Origin: Thermoanaerobaculia bacterium
GTDB lineage: Bacteria; Acidobacteriota; Thermoanaerobaculia; UBA5066
Assembly: GCA_038245905.1 (NCBI GenBank)
Contig: JBBRRY010000037.1
Coordinates: 1-33,551 of the forward strand
DNA length: 33,551 nt
Direction of reading: 5' to 3'
How positions within the stretch are numbered: position 1 is the first letter of the stretch; every line of letters begins with the position of its first letter. Shown here piece after piece: positions 9,028-17,878 of the stretch. The translations under genes were made by a program, and so were the position numbers. The notes beneath the pieces are model-generated. The model saw nothing but the letters and a program-made list of their open reading frames with translations. It had not been told where the DNA came from and did no database searches.

Positions 9028-11793
9028 CTACTTCGCACCCGCCTTCGCGTTCGCGAAGTCTCCCGCGCGGACGACCGTGAGCTTCGCCGGGTCGATCCAC
9101 TTGCGGAAGGCCGCCCCGATCTGATCGGGCGTGAGCGCGGAGACCTTCTTCTCGAGCTCCGCGTCCCACGCGAGCGTCCGCCCGTTGAAGAGGTGGCGTC
9201 CGAGAAGCCCCGTGAGCTCTCCGTCCTGCGAGCGGCTCACTTGGCGGCCCTGAAGCCAACCCGACTTCGCAGCGGCGACCTCTTCTGCCGTGAAGCCATC
9301 CTTGCGGGCCCGCTCGATCTCCTCGCGCACGACGGTCTCGAGCTTCGCCGTGTTCTGCGGGGCGTGGATCGCGAAGATCGAGAAGCGGCCGGAGACGTCC
9401 TGGATGCCGCTCTCGAGCCCGGAGCCGACGCCGTAGCTGAGCCCTTCCTTCTGCCGCACGCGCACCGCGAGGCGCGAGTTCAGGAAGCCGCCGCCGAACA
9501 TGTAGTTGCCGAGGAGGAGCGCCGGGTAATCGGCGTCGTCGTCGCGGAGGGCGAGGTTCTGACCCGCTACGAAGAGCGCATTCGCCTTGTCCGGCGTCTC
9601 GAGATTCAGCGTGTCGGCGGGGACGTCGTTGAAGACGCTCGGGACGCGCGTGTAGGGGCTCGGGCTCTTCCATGAGCCGAAGAGGGCCGCGAGCCGCCCG
9701 GCCGCCTGAGCCTCGTCGAAGTCGCCGACGAACGCGGCCTCCGCGTTCGTCGCCCCGTACGAGTCCCGGTAGAACGACCGCACGGCGTCGAGCGTCACGG
9801 CCTTGTACTCGGCGAGAGACTCGTCGGGCGTCGACGTGTAACGCGGGTCGCCCTTCGGGTACGGGCGCATGTGCCGCAGGAAGGCCGTCTGGGCGACGGA
9901 TTGTGGCTCCGTCTTCGTCTGATCGATCTGGGCAAGGTTCTCCTGCCGCAGGATCTCGAGCTCGGACGCCGGAAAGGACGGGGTCTTGAGAATCTCAGCG
10001 ACGAGGTCGAGGACCTTCGGGAGGTTCTCGCGTGTCGTCTCGATCGAGACGGTCGTGGCGCCAATGCCGCCTGAGATCCCGATTCGGGCCTTGAGGCGAT
10101 CGATCTCGTCCTGGACCTGCTGGCGGGTTTTCGTCGCGGTGCCGCGCTCGAGCATGTCGGCCGTGAGGTCACTGGCCGCGCTCTTGCCCGCGAGCGATGC
10201 GACGTCGCGGAAGTGGAGCGTGATCGTCCCGCGGACGGAGGCTCCGCGCGTCTTCTTCGAAAGGAGCGCGAGCTTCATGCCCGAGGCGAGTGTCGAGCGT
10301 TTCGTGCGGGCCTCGACGTTTGCGGGAGACGGGTCGAAAGCCTCGCCGGCCTGCACCGCGGCCGAGCCCAAGTAGCCCTTGACCATCGCGGCGACGTCTG
10401 AGGGAGGCGGGATCTCGGCCTTGTCGGGCTTCGAAGTCGGGACGAAGAACGCGACCGTGCGGTTCGTCGGCTTGAGGTACGCGGCCGCGACCTTCGCGAC
10501 CCCCTCGGCGGGGTAGGCCTTGAGCCGGTCGCGGTAAAGGAAGAAGAGCCGCCAGTCGCCCTTTGCGATCCACTCGGACAGGTTCAGGCCGAACTGAGCG
10601 GAGTTGTTGAGCGCGAGGTCGATCTGCTTGAGGAGCTGCGTCCGGCCGCGCTCGATCTCCTCCTTCGTGGGGGGGGCCGACGCAGTGGCTTCGACGGTCT
10701 TCAGGAGGATGTCGCGAGCCTCGTCGAGAGACTGTTCCTGTCTCAGCTCGGCGCCGAAAATTGCGAGGCCGGGCTCCCGGAGCTCGAACGCGAACCCAAA
10801 AACGGACGACGCCTTCTTTGTCTCGACGAGGGCCTTGTGGAGACGGCCCGAGGGCGTGTCCCCGAGCGCGAACGCGAGGAGATCGAGGCCCGGAGCGTCG
10901 ACGTCGCTGCCCGAGGGGATGTGATACGCGGCGGCCACGAGCTGCACGTCGCCGACGCGGCGGAGCGTCACCGTCCTCTCGCCATCCTGCGCGGGATCGA
11001 GCGTGTACGTCGGGTAGAGCGTGCGCGAGGGCTTCGGGATCCCCCCGAAGTATTTCTGGACGAGGGCGAGAGTCTTCACCTCGTCGAACTTCCCGGCCAC
11101 GAGGAGGACCGAGCTGTCGGGTTGGTAATACGTCCGGTAGAAGGCCTGGAGCCGCTCGATCGGCACGTTCTCGATGTCCGAGCGCGAGCCGATCGGAAGG
11201 TGGGAGTAGCCGTGCTCGAGGAAGGCGGTTGCGAGGAGGCGCTTGAACATGATCCCGCTCGGGGAGTTCTCGCCCGACTCGAACTCGTTCCGTACGACCG
11301 TCATCTCGCTGTCGAGGTCCTTCTTCGCGATGTGAGAGTTCACCATCCGGTCGGACTCGAGGTCGAGCGCCCACTCGAGGTTCGCGTCCGTGGCGTCGAA
11401 GGTCTCGAAGTAGTTCGTGCGGTCGAAGGACGTCGTCCCGTTCGGGCGCGCCCCGTGGGAGGTCAGCTCCTGTGGGATGTTCGCGTGCTTCGGCGTGCCC
11501 TTGAAGACGAGGTGCTCGAGAAGGTGAGCCATCCCCGTCTCGCCGTAGCCCTCGTTGCGCGAGCCGACGAGGTACGTCACGTTGACCGTGATCGTGGGCT
11601 TGGAAGCGTCCGGGAAGAGAAGCACCTTGAGGCCGTTCGCGAGCCGGTACTCGGTGATGCCCTCGACGGAGGTCACCCTCTCGGGAGCGGCGGGCTTCGG
11701 CGCTTCGGCGGCGGCGAGCGGGGCCGCGCCGGCGAGCAAGACGGCGGCGAGAGCGAGACTTACGCCGGTGGTGGCGCGTCGGACGTACGACAT
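9028..11793 (-). CDS. Exported M16 zinc peptidase (PqqL/pitrilysin-like, 921 aa)
   Basis: Signal peptide; inverted zincin HLLEH; NGTTSFDRTNY; VVRNE; second half NSRL...RQKEGLSY; SD GGAGG. Confidence 0.92.
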   Translation of the reverse strand: MSYVRRATTGVSLALAAVLLAGAAPLAAAEAPKPAAPERVTSVEGITEYRLANGLKVLLFPDASKPTITVNVTYLVGSRNEGYGETGMAHLLEHLVFKGTPKHANIPQELTSHGARPNGTTSFDRTNYFETFDATDANLEWALDLESDRMVNSHIAKKDLDSEMTVVRNEFESGENSPSGIMFKRLLATAFLEHGYSHLPIGSRSDIENVPIERLQAFYRTYYQPDSSVLLVAGKFDEVKTLALVQKYFGGIPKPSRTLYPTYTLDPAQDGERTVTLRRVGDVQLVAAAYHIPSGSDVDAPGLDLLAFALGDTPSGRLHKALVETKKASSVFGFAFELREPGLAIFGAELRQEQSLDEARDILLKTVEATASAPPTKEEIERGRTQLLKQIDLALNNSAQFGLNLSEWIAKGDWRLFFLYRDRLKAYPAEGVAKVAAAYLKPTNRTVAFFVPTSKPDKAEIPPPSDVAAMVKGYLGSAAVQAGEAFDPSPANVEARTKRSTLASGMKLALLSKKTRGASVRGTITLHFRDVASLAGKSAASDLTADMLERGTATKTRQQVQDEIDRLKARIGISGGIGATTVSIETTRENLPKVLDLVAEILKTPSFPASELEILRQENLAQIDQTKTEPQSVAQTAFLRHMRPYPKGDPRYTSTPDESLAEYKAVTLDAVRSFYRDSYGATNAEAAFVGDFDEAQAAGRLAALFGSWKSPSPYTRVPSVFNDVPADTLNLETPDKANALFVAGQNLALRDDDADYPALLLGNYMFGGGFLNSRLAVRVRQKEGLSYGVGSGLESGIQDVSGRFSIFAIHAPQNTAKLETVVREEIERARKDGFTAEEVAAAKSGWLQGRQVSRSQDGELTGLLGRHLFNGRTLAWDAELEKKVSALTPDQIGAAFRKWIDPAKLTVVRAGDFANAKAGAK

Positions 11794-11836
11794 GAAGCTC
11801 CTCCAAGGCGCCCGCGAGGCGCTCGTGCCGAGGAGT

Positions 11837-12073
11837 CTAAGCCGACCGGGATTCGCGTCGAATCACGAGGACCGCTCCGGCCGCAAGGGCCCACGGGACG
11901 AGCATGAAAAGGCCGATGAGCGGCCAGATGTTCGGGTCCTTCGGCGAGGCGGACCCGGCGCACGACGGGCACGCCATCGCGTCCCCGGCAAGGAGGACGG
12001 CGGCGAAGCCGATCGAGAGGAGGGTTGCGCGGACAGCCGGTCTCATGAGTGCCTTTAGTTCCATTCGTGCCAC
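11837..12073 (-). CDS. Small exported CxxC membrane protein, last gene of oxidase operon
   Basis: Signal-like stretch ending AMA, then CPSC, then one TM helix; 7 nt downstream of subunit IV. Start uncertain (12073, 12064 or 12046). Confidence 0.65.
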   Translation of the reverse strand: MARMELKALMRPAVRATLLSIGFAAVLLAGDAMACPSCAGSASPKDPNIWPLIGLFMLVPWALAAGAVLVIRRESRSA

Positions 12074-12080
12074 TCGTGCC

Positions 12081-12443
12081 TCAGTGGTGCGCCCAGGGAA
12101 CCGGCACGCCCCGGAGGAGGTTGAAGGCGTCGAGCATGAGGAACACAGCGTAGAAGCCCGCCAGTGGCAACGGCAGGAACGCGAGCCACTGGAGCGATCG
12201 CTTCTCGTATTTCAGGTGCATGTAGTAGAGGCCGACGAACGACGCCTTCGAAAGCGCAAGCGCGATCATGACGGCCGAGATGATTCGCTTGTCGATCTTC
12301 ATGTACGAGACGCCGACCTCGAGAAGCGTGAGGACGAGGAGCACCCAGAAGATCCGGAAGTAGTCGCGCCGGTGGTCGGCGACCGGGACGTCCGAATCGG
12401 GGGCGGCGGCGTGGGGCAGCGGAGTCGTCGCGTGTTCGGTCAT
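12081..12443 (-). CDS. ctaF: Cytochrome c oxidase subunit IV family protein
   Basis: YFRIFWVLLVLTLLEV and KASFVGLYYMHLKYE motifs; 3 TM; operon context. Confidence 0.85.
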   Translation of the reverse strand: MTEHATTPLPHAAAPDSDVPVADHRRDYFRIFWVLLVLTLLEVGVSYMKIDKRIISAVMIALALSKASFVGLYYMHLKYEKRSLQWLAFLPLPLAGFYAVFLMLDAFNLLRGVPVPWAHH

Positions 12444-12453
12444 GCGAGCCTCT

Positions 12454-13068
12454 TCAGGGAATGAGGTAGACGAGCGTGAAGACGAGGATCCAGATGAGGT
12501 CGACGAAGTGCCAGAAGAGCCCCGTGATCTCGACGAAGTTCGCGCCGTTCTCGAGGTGCTTGCCGCGCCACACGCCGAACGCCGTGATGAGGAGGTAGCA
12601 GACGCCCGTGAAGACGTGGGCGCCGTGGAAGCTCGTGATCACGTAGAACGTCGCGGGGAAATTTCCGGAAGGCAGCGTGAAGCCCTCGTGGATCAGGTGG
12701 CGATACTCGTACACCTGTCCGAACAGGAAGAGGATGCCGCCGCCCGCCGTCGCGACGAGCCACTTCACCGCGCCGAGCCGGTTAGCCCTCTTGGCGTCGT
12801 CCAGCGCCAGGACCATCGTCAGGGAGCTGACGATGAGGACGAACGTCATGACGGCCGTGAACGGGATGCCGAGGACGCTCGTCGGCGCGGGCCATTCCTT
12901 GTTGCCCGCGCGGAGGATTCCGTAGGCCGTGAGGAGACCGCCGAAGGTCATCGCGTCCGTGACGAGGAAGACCCACATCCCCACCTTGCCCGTCGTCGCG
13001 GCGCCGAAAGTGGGCTCCGCATGTGGAGCCGATACCGGGGTGTACGTGGCCTCAGGACGAGCGCTCAT
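12454..13068 (-). CDS. ctaE: Heme-copper oxidase subunit III (CoxP-like, second copy)
   Basis: KVGMWVFLVTDAMTF, FYVITSFHGAHV, GLFWHFVDLIWI. Confidence 0.9.
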   Translation of the reverse strand: MSARPEATYTPVSAPHAEPTFGAATTGKVGMWVFLVTDAMTFGGLLTAYGILRAGNKEWPAPTSVLGIPFTAVMTFVLIVSSLTMVLALDDAKRANRLGAVKWLVATAGGGILFLFGQVYEYRHLIHEGFTLPSGNFPATFYVITSFHGAHVFTGVCYLLITAFGVWRGKHLENGANFVEITGLFWHFVDLIWILVFTLVYLIP

Positions 13069-13695
13069 TCACAGTCCTTCCATGTTCACGAGGAGTCCGG
13101 TGTCGCGCATCATAAGGTCGATCTCTTCGGGCGACGGCGCTCCGATGCGCCGGATGCGGCCGCGGGTGTCCACGAGAAGGAGCCGGCCGGCGAGCGTGCC
13201 CCCCTCGGGCGCATGAAGCGCCTTCAGGGTGGCGGCCTCCAGCGGCTTGACGTCCCCTCCCGCGAGCGTCCAGCGCCAGGCGCCGGCTCCGGCGTTCTTC
13301 GCGAGGGTGGCGAGCGTTTCGGAATCCGGCGCCCCGGAGACGAAGCTCACGAGGTGGACCGCCTCGCCGGTGTTACGCACGCGCCGCTGCAGCTTCGCGA
13401 GAGGGGAGCCCTTGGCGGCGACCGCTTCCGCGGAGGTGAACTCGAGGAAGACGAGATGTCGCCTAAGGTCGGTCTCGCGGACAGGATTGCCGGCCTGGTC
13501 CACGAGTGCGAAAGCGGGAAACGTGCCGAGGACGGGCGGTGCGGGCGGCAGGGCCCGCCGGACCGACCGGACGAGCGGCACCGTGAACACGGCCGCCACG
13601 AACAGCGCCCAGAACCACGGGCTGCCGGTGAGCCGTGCGGCAACGCGCTGCGGGAAGGCAGCCCTGATGTCGCCGGGAACGAGAGACGCGCTCAA
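13069..13695 (-). CDS. SCO/SenC-like thioredoxin-fold protein lacking copper ligands
   Basis: TM anchor, PAFALVDQAGNPV...DL, LAKLQ, WTLAGG and LLLVDTRGRIR match the SCO scaffold; the CxxxC position reads FTSAEAVA and the protein has no Cys. TTG start. Confidence 0.75.
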   Translation of the reverse strand: MSASLVPGDIRAAFPQRVAARLTGSPWFWALFVAAVFTVPLVRSVRRALPPAPPVLGTFPAFALVDQAGNPVRETDLRRHLVFLEFTSAEAVAAKGSPLAKLQRRVRNTGEAVHLVSFVSGAPDSETLATLAKNAGAGAWRWTLAGGDVKPLEAATLKALHAPEGGTLAGRLLLVDTRGRIRRIGAPSPEEIDLMMRDTGLLVNMEGL

Positions 13696-13758
13696 ATTGC
13701 CCTATTACCTTCTAAGAAATCTTCTTCTTCTCTTCTCTTAAGTCTTAAGCAAAACTTC

Positions 13759-14703
13759 TTAATTCGTCTTCGTGTCCCCGTGCGAGGCGGCCAGCTCCGC
13801 GACGAGCTTCGCTCGGCGCGCATCCGCCGCCGGCGTGCCCTTGATGTCGATGAGCGAGCGCACGTAGTACGCCATCGCCCAGATGTCGTCGTCGGGGAGG
13901 GCGCCCTTCCACGTGGGCATGGCCGTGCCGCCGATGCCGGCCGCGATCGTGCGATAGAAGTCCTCGAGGGTCTCGCCCGAGCGGACGTGATCGCGCGTGA
14001 AGTCCGGCGGCATCAGCTTGTAGCCGTAGTCGCTGTCTTTCATCTCGGAGTGGTACGCGTCCGGGCGCAGCGTCGCCTCGCGCTTCGACAGCTCCAGGCT
14101 CGCCGCGTTGATCGTCTCCTTCGTCTCGTACGCCGGGTGGCACGACAGGCATTGCGCCATGCCGTGGTAGACCTTCATCCCGCGCGTGACCGCTTCGGCC
14201 TTCCGCTCCGCGCCCCACGGATCGGGGCCCGGGACGATCGGCTCGCCAGGCGTCTTTTCCGCCCACTTCGGTGAGAGCGTCTTGATGTACTGGACGATGT
14301 CCATGATCTCCCGCTTCGGGACGTCCTTCCAGGGAAGCATCGCGGTGCCGTGGAGGCCCATCTGGATGGTGTTCAGGAAATCGTTGTCGTTCGGCAGCTG
14401 TCCGCTGGACACCGCCGCGAACTTGAACTGGCCCTTCGTGAAGTTCCGCGGCGGGGGACGGAGGCCGATCGCGGCCGGGCCCTTTCCGTCGCCCTTCATG
14501 CCGTGGCACGCGGAGCAGTACGTGACGTAAAGGTGCTCGCCGCTGTTCAACCGTCGAGCCGAGACTTTCTTGCCTCCGAGCGTCATCGTCTTGGTGAAGG
14601 TCCGGCCCGGGCCGGAGCATCCGGTGCTGCCCGCTAGGGCTGCCGCGATCGCCGTTGCGACCCAAATCGTTCCGGCGTCGATTTTCATCCGTCCGACCTT
14701 CAT
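13759..14703 (-). CDS. Di-heme c-type cytochrome, probable lipoprotein
   Basis: CSACH and CLSCH, each followed by PPxxFT...GxxGTAM (distal Met); lipobox-like STGC. Start ATG 14703 (or 14688), not 14919, which overlaps the upstream gene. Confidence 0.88.
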   Translation of the reverse strand: MKVGRMKIDAGTIWVATAIAAALAGSTGCSGPGRTFTKTMTLGGKKVSARRLNSGEHLYVTYCSACHGMKGDGKGPAAIGLRPPPRNFTKGQFKFAAVSSGQLPNDNDFLNTIQMGLHGTAMLPWKDVPKREIMDIVQYIKTLSPKWAEKTPGEPIVPGPDPWGAERKAEAVTRGMKVYHGMAQCLSCHPAYETKETINAASLELSKREATLRPDAYHSEMKDSDYGYKLMPPDFTRDHVRSGETLEDFYRTIAAGIGGTAMPTWKGALPDDDIWAMAYYVRSLIDIKGTPAADARRAKLVAELAASHGDTKTN

Positions 14704-14731
14704 AGGAAATCTCTCTCTCCCTCTTCCGATC

Positions 14732-15322
14732 TCAAACGAGATAAACGGCGACGAACATGACGAGCCAGACGACGTCGACGAAGTGCCAGAACATGGCCGA
14801 GACCCGCACGGCGCTCGAGCGGCCGGAGGTATACCGCCCCGAGAACGCGCCGGGGAGGAGATAGGCGAGCGCGAGGAGCCCCGCGAGGACGTGGAGCGCG
14901 TGGAACACGGTGAGGCCATAGAAGATCGACCCGTAGGTTCCCGTGTTGTCGATCCGGAATCCGCCCTGCCAGAGCGGGATCCACACGGCGAGCTGCAACG
15001 CGAGGAAGAGGATTCCGAGCCCCATCGTTCCGAGGAGAGCGCGCCGGAGCGTGCCGGGTCTCGTTTCCGCTTGTGGGCGCGTGCCGTGGTGGAGAAAGAC
15101 GCTGGATGCGAGAAGGACGAGCGTGTTCAGGAAGGGGAGCGCTTTCGGAAGCGGCGCGAGGCCATCCGGAGGCCATGTCGCGGCGTTCAGCCGGAGGACC
15201 GCATACGAAAAGAAGAGTGCGACGAAGAGCATCGTCCACGACGCGAGCGCCATCACCATCCCGACGAACGAGGTCCGCCGAGACTCTGCGGCATTGGTAA
15301 AGCTCGCGGCCGCGACGCTCAC
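14732..15322 (-). CDS. ctaE: Heme-copper oxidase subunit III (CoxO-like, first copy)
   Basis: GMVMALASWTMLF, NTLVLLASS, YGSIFYGLTVFHALHV, WHFVDVVW; GTGA overlap with subunit I. Confidence 0.9.
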   Translation of the reverse strand: MSVAAASFTNAAESRRTSFVGMVMALASWTMLFVALFFSYAVLRLNAATWPPDGLAPLPKALPFLNTLVLLASSVFLHHGTRPQAETRPGTLRRALLGTMGLGILFLALQLAVWIPLWQGGFRIDNTGTYGSIFYGLTVFHALHVLAGLLALAYLLPGAFSGRYTSGRSSAVRVSAMFWHFVDVVWLVMFVAVYLV

Positions 15323-17076
15323 AAATCGTCGCCGATCGGCTCATCCTGTGCGAGCCAGTCCTTGCCCACGACGGCGGGATTGTTGAACTCGTGGGGACCG
15401 TGCAGGACGACCGGAATCTCGTCGAAGTTGTGGTGCGGCGGCGGGGAGGGGATCGTCCATTCGAGTGTGCCGACCTCCCACGGGTTCTCGCTGGCCTTCT
15501 TGCCCGAGATCATGCTCGAGAGGAAGTTCGCGACGAAGAGGAACTGAGAGGCGCCAAGGAGCAGCGCGGCGCGCGTGATCCACACGTTCACGGGATGGAG
15601 ATGCTTGAGAAACTCGTAGGCCTGGTAGTTGTAAAGCCGGCGCTGCATCCCGGCGTAGCCCACGACGAGCATCCCGCAGAAGACGACGGTGATCGGCACG
15701 ATCGTGAGCCAGAAGTGCCACTTGCCGAGCGTCTCGTTCATCATTTTCCCGAACATCTTCGGGAACCAGAAGTAGATCGCCGCGAACGCGCCGAGCAGCA
15801 CCGAGGCCGCCATCGTGAGGTGGAAGTGGCCGATCACGAAGTACGAGTCGTGGAGGTAGATGTCGGACGAGATCGCGCCGAGGTGGAGGCCCGTGAGGCC
15901 GCCGAGGCCGAACACGAACACGACGCCGACCGCGAAGAGCATGGGCGTTGCGAAGCGGATGGAGCCCCGCCACATCGTCCCGAGCCAGTTCAGGAAGAAC
16001 ACGGCGGACGGTATCGAGATGAGCATCGTGAGCGTCATGAACCCCTGAGAGAGAAGAGGGCTCATGCCGACGACGAACATGTGGTGCCCGTACACGACCA
16101 TCGAGAGCAGGCAGATGACGCTCATCGAGAGCGCCGTCGCCTTGTAGCCGAACGCGGGCTTGCGCGAGAAGAACGACAGGAGGTCGGACACGATGCCCCA
16201 CGCGGGCAGGATGAGGATGTAGACCTCCGGGTGGCCGAAGATCCAGAAGAGGTGCTGGTAGAGGACCGGATCGCCACCGCCCTTCGTGATCGCGGCGCCG
16301 GCGAGGAAGAAGTGGCTGCCGAAGACGCGGTCGAGGAAGAGCAGGAGAACGCCCGCCGCCAGAACCGGGACGAACAGGGCGTTGAGGATCGCGGTGAGCC
16401 AGATTCCCCAGACGGAGAGCGGCATCTGGAAATAGCCCATGCCGGGGGCGCGCAGGCGCACGACCGTCGTGATGTAGTTGACGGCGCCCATGATCGAGGC
16501 GCTTCCCGTCAGGAAGATGCCGAGAACCCAGAGGGTCTGGCCGTGCCCTGGCGAGCCCACGAGAGTCGAGAGCGTCGGATAGGACTGCCAGCCGCCCGCG
16601 GCCGCGCCCATCGGGACGAAGAACGAGACCACCATGCAGAGTCCGGCGAGGACGTTCGTCCAGAACGACATGAGGTTGAGCGTGGGGAACGCCATGTCCC
16701 TCGCGCCGATCATGAGGGGGATGAGCAGGTTCCCGAACGCGCCGATCAGGATCGGCGTGATCGCGAAGAAGATCATGAGCGTGCCGTGCATCGTGAAGAA
16801 CGCCGCGTACGACTGCGGCGGCATCACGCCGCCGCTCTGCGGCCACATGAGCTGGCCGAGCACGGGGAAGGCGGTGCCGGGATACGCGATCTGCCAGCGA
16901 ATCATCATCGCCATGACGCCGCCCATGGCGAGGAAGAAGAGGCCGTACCAGAGGAACTGTTTCGCGATGACCTTGTGGTCGAACGAGAAGATGTATTTCG
17001 CGAGGAACGAGGTCGGCTCGGGATGGATGTGCTGTTCGGCGTGGAAGTCGGGCCCGACGTGAAGGTGCCTCGTCAC
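15319..17076 (-). CDS. ctaD: Heme-copper oxygen reductase subunit I, A1-like
   Basis: DHKVI, TMHG, DMAFPTLN, WIFGHPEVY, GHHM, HDSYFVIGHFH, GMQRR. Likely start GTG 17076 overlapping the subunit II stop (TAGTG). Confidence 0.95.
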   Translation of the reverse strand: MTRHLHVGPDFHAEQHIHPEPTSFLAKYIFSFDHKVIAKQFLWYGLFFLAMGGVMAMMIRWQIAYPGTAFPVLGQLMWPQSGGVMPPQSYAAFFTMHGTLMIFFAITPILIGAFGNLLIPLMIGARDMAFPTLNLMSFWTNVLAGLCMVVSFFVPMGAAAGGWQSYPTLSTLVGSPGHGQTLWVLGIFLTGSASIMGAVNYITTVVRLRAPGMGYFQMPLSVWGIWLTAILNALFVPVLAAGVLLLFLDRVFGSHFFLAGAAITKGGGDPVLYQHLFWIFGHPEVYILILPAWGIVSDLLSFFSRKPAFGYKATALSMSVICLLSMVVYGHHMFVVGMSPLLSQGFMTLTMLISIPSAVFFLNWLGTMWRGSIRFATPMLFAVGVVFVFGLGGLTGLHLGAISSDIYLHDSYFVIGHFHLTMAASVLLGAFAAIYFWFPKMFGKMMNETLGKWHFWLTIVPITVVFCGMLVVGYAGMQRRLYNYQAYEFLKHLHPVNVWITRAALLLGASQFLFVANFLSSMISGKKASENPWEVGTLEWTIPSPPPHHNFDEIPVVLHGPHEFNNPAVVGKDWLAQDEPIGDDL

Positions 17077-17828
17077 TACTGCACCCACTCCCATCCCCAG
17101 AGCTGTTCCTTGTCGGCCGGATCGAACCGGCGCTTCGCGTCGCCTTCGGCTTCAGACATCCACCGCCGGAAATCGGCCTCCGGCTGCACGATGAGGTCGC
17201 CCTTCATCTGGTAGTGCGCCCAGCCGCACATCTGCGAGCACGCAATCTCGAAATTGCCCGGCTGGACGGCCTGAAACCAGGTGCGTGTCACGTTGCCGGG
17301 GTTCGCGTCGTGCTTCAGCCGGAAGTTCGGGATGTAGAAGCTGTGGATGACGTCCTTCGCCTTCAGATTCAGCATCACCGGCCGTCCGACGGGCACGCGC
17401 ATCTCGTTCAGTGTGACGACGTCGTCGGCCGTGTTGAAGATGCCGTCGGGCCCCGCGTACCGGATGTTCCACGCCCACTGCTGCGGCATGACTTCGATCC
17501 TCACGGTGTCGGGCGATACGGGCCAGTTGTAGGTGTACTCCTTGACGTCGGCCTGAGACACCCTCACGAGATTCATGTCGATCGTCACGAAGACGAGGGC
17601 CGCGAGGACGCCCGTGACGAGGAAGCTCTTGCGGTCGGTCCCATGCGTGTACAGCGCTTTGACGCCCGGCCGCGCGCGGTACTTCCACGAGGAATAGACG
17701 AGCGCGAACGTGACGAGCGCAAACGCGATCACGCACATGAGCGTCGTGTACCAGAACAGGGCTTCCGCCCGGTATCCGTCCCGCGAGACGTCCACGGTCG
17801 TCAACCAGGAAAAGGGCCATTGGTGCAT
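17076..17828 (-). CDS. ctaC: Cytochrome c oxidase subunit II (CuA)
   Basis: Two TM; QQWAWNIRY; DVIHSF; CSQMCGWAHYQM CuA motif; SD GAGGGG; no fused cytochrome c domain. Confidence 0.93.
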   Translation of the reverse strand: MHQWPFSWLTTVDVSRDGYRAEALFWYTTLMCVIAFALVTFALVYSSWKYRARPGVKALYTHGTDRKSFLVTGVLAALVFVTIDMNLVRVSQADVKEYTYNWPVSPDTVRIEVMPQQWAWNIRYAGPDGIFNTADDVVTLNEMRVPVGRPVMLNLKAKDVIHSFYIPNFRLKHDANPGNVTRTWFQAVQPGNFEIACSQMCGWAHYQMKGDLIVQPEADFRRWMSEAEGDAKRRFDPADKEQLWGWEWVQ

Positions 17829-17850
17829 TTCGTCCCCTCGCTGGACGGTT

Positions 17851-17878
17851 ACTATAAGGGAACAGAGTCTCAGTTCAA
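17851..17878 (-). promoter_or_regulatory. Candidate sigma70 promoter of the oxidase operon
   Basis: Minus strand TTGAAC (17878-17873) - 16 nt - TATAGT (17856-17851), 22 nt upstream of the subunit II ATG. Confidence 0.6.

Noticed and set aside
15319-17076. Subunit I as a nitric oxide reductase or a pseudogene
   Set aside because: The HPEVY Tyr, CuB His ligands and D-channel are intact, and the frame is uninterrupted; NOR families lack this Tyr.
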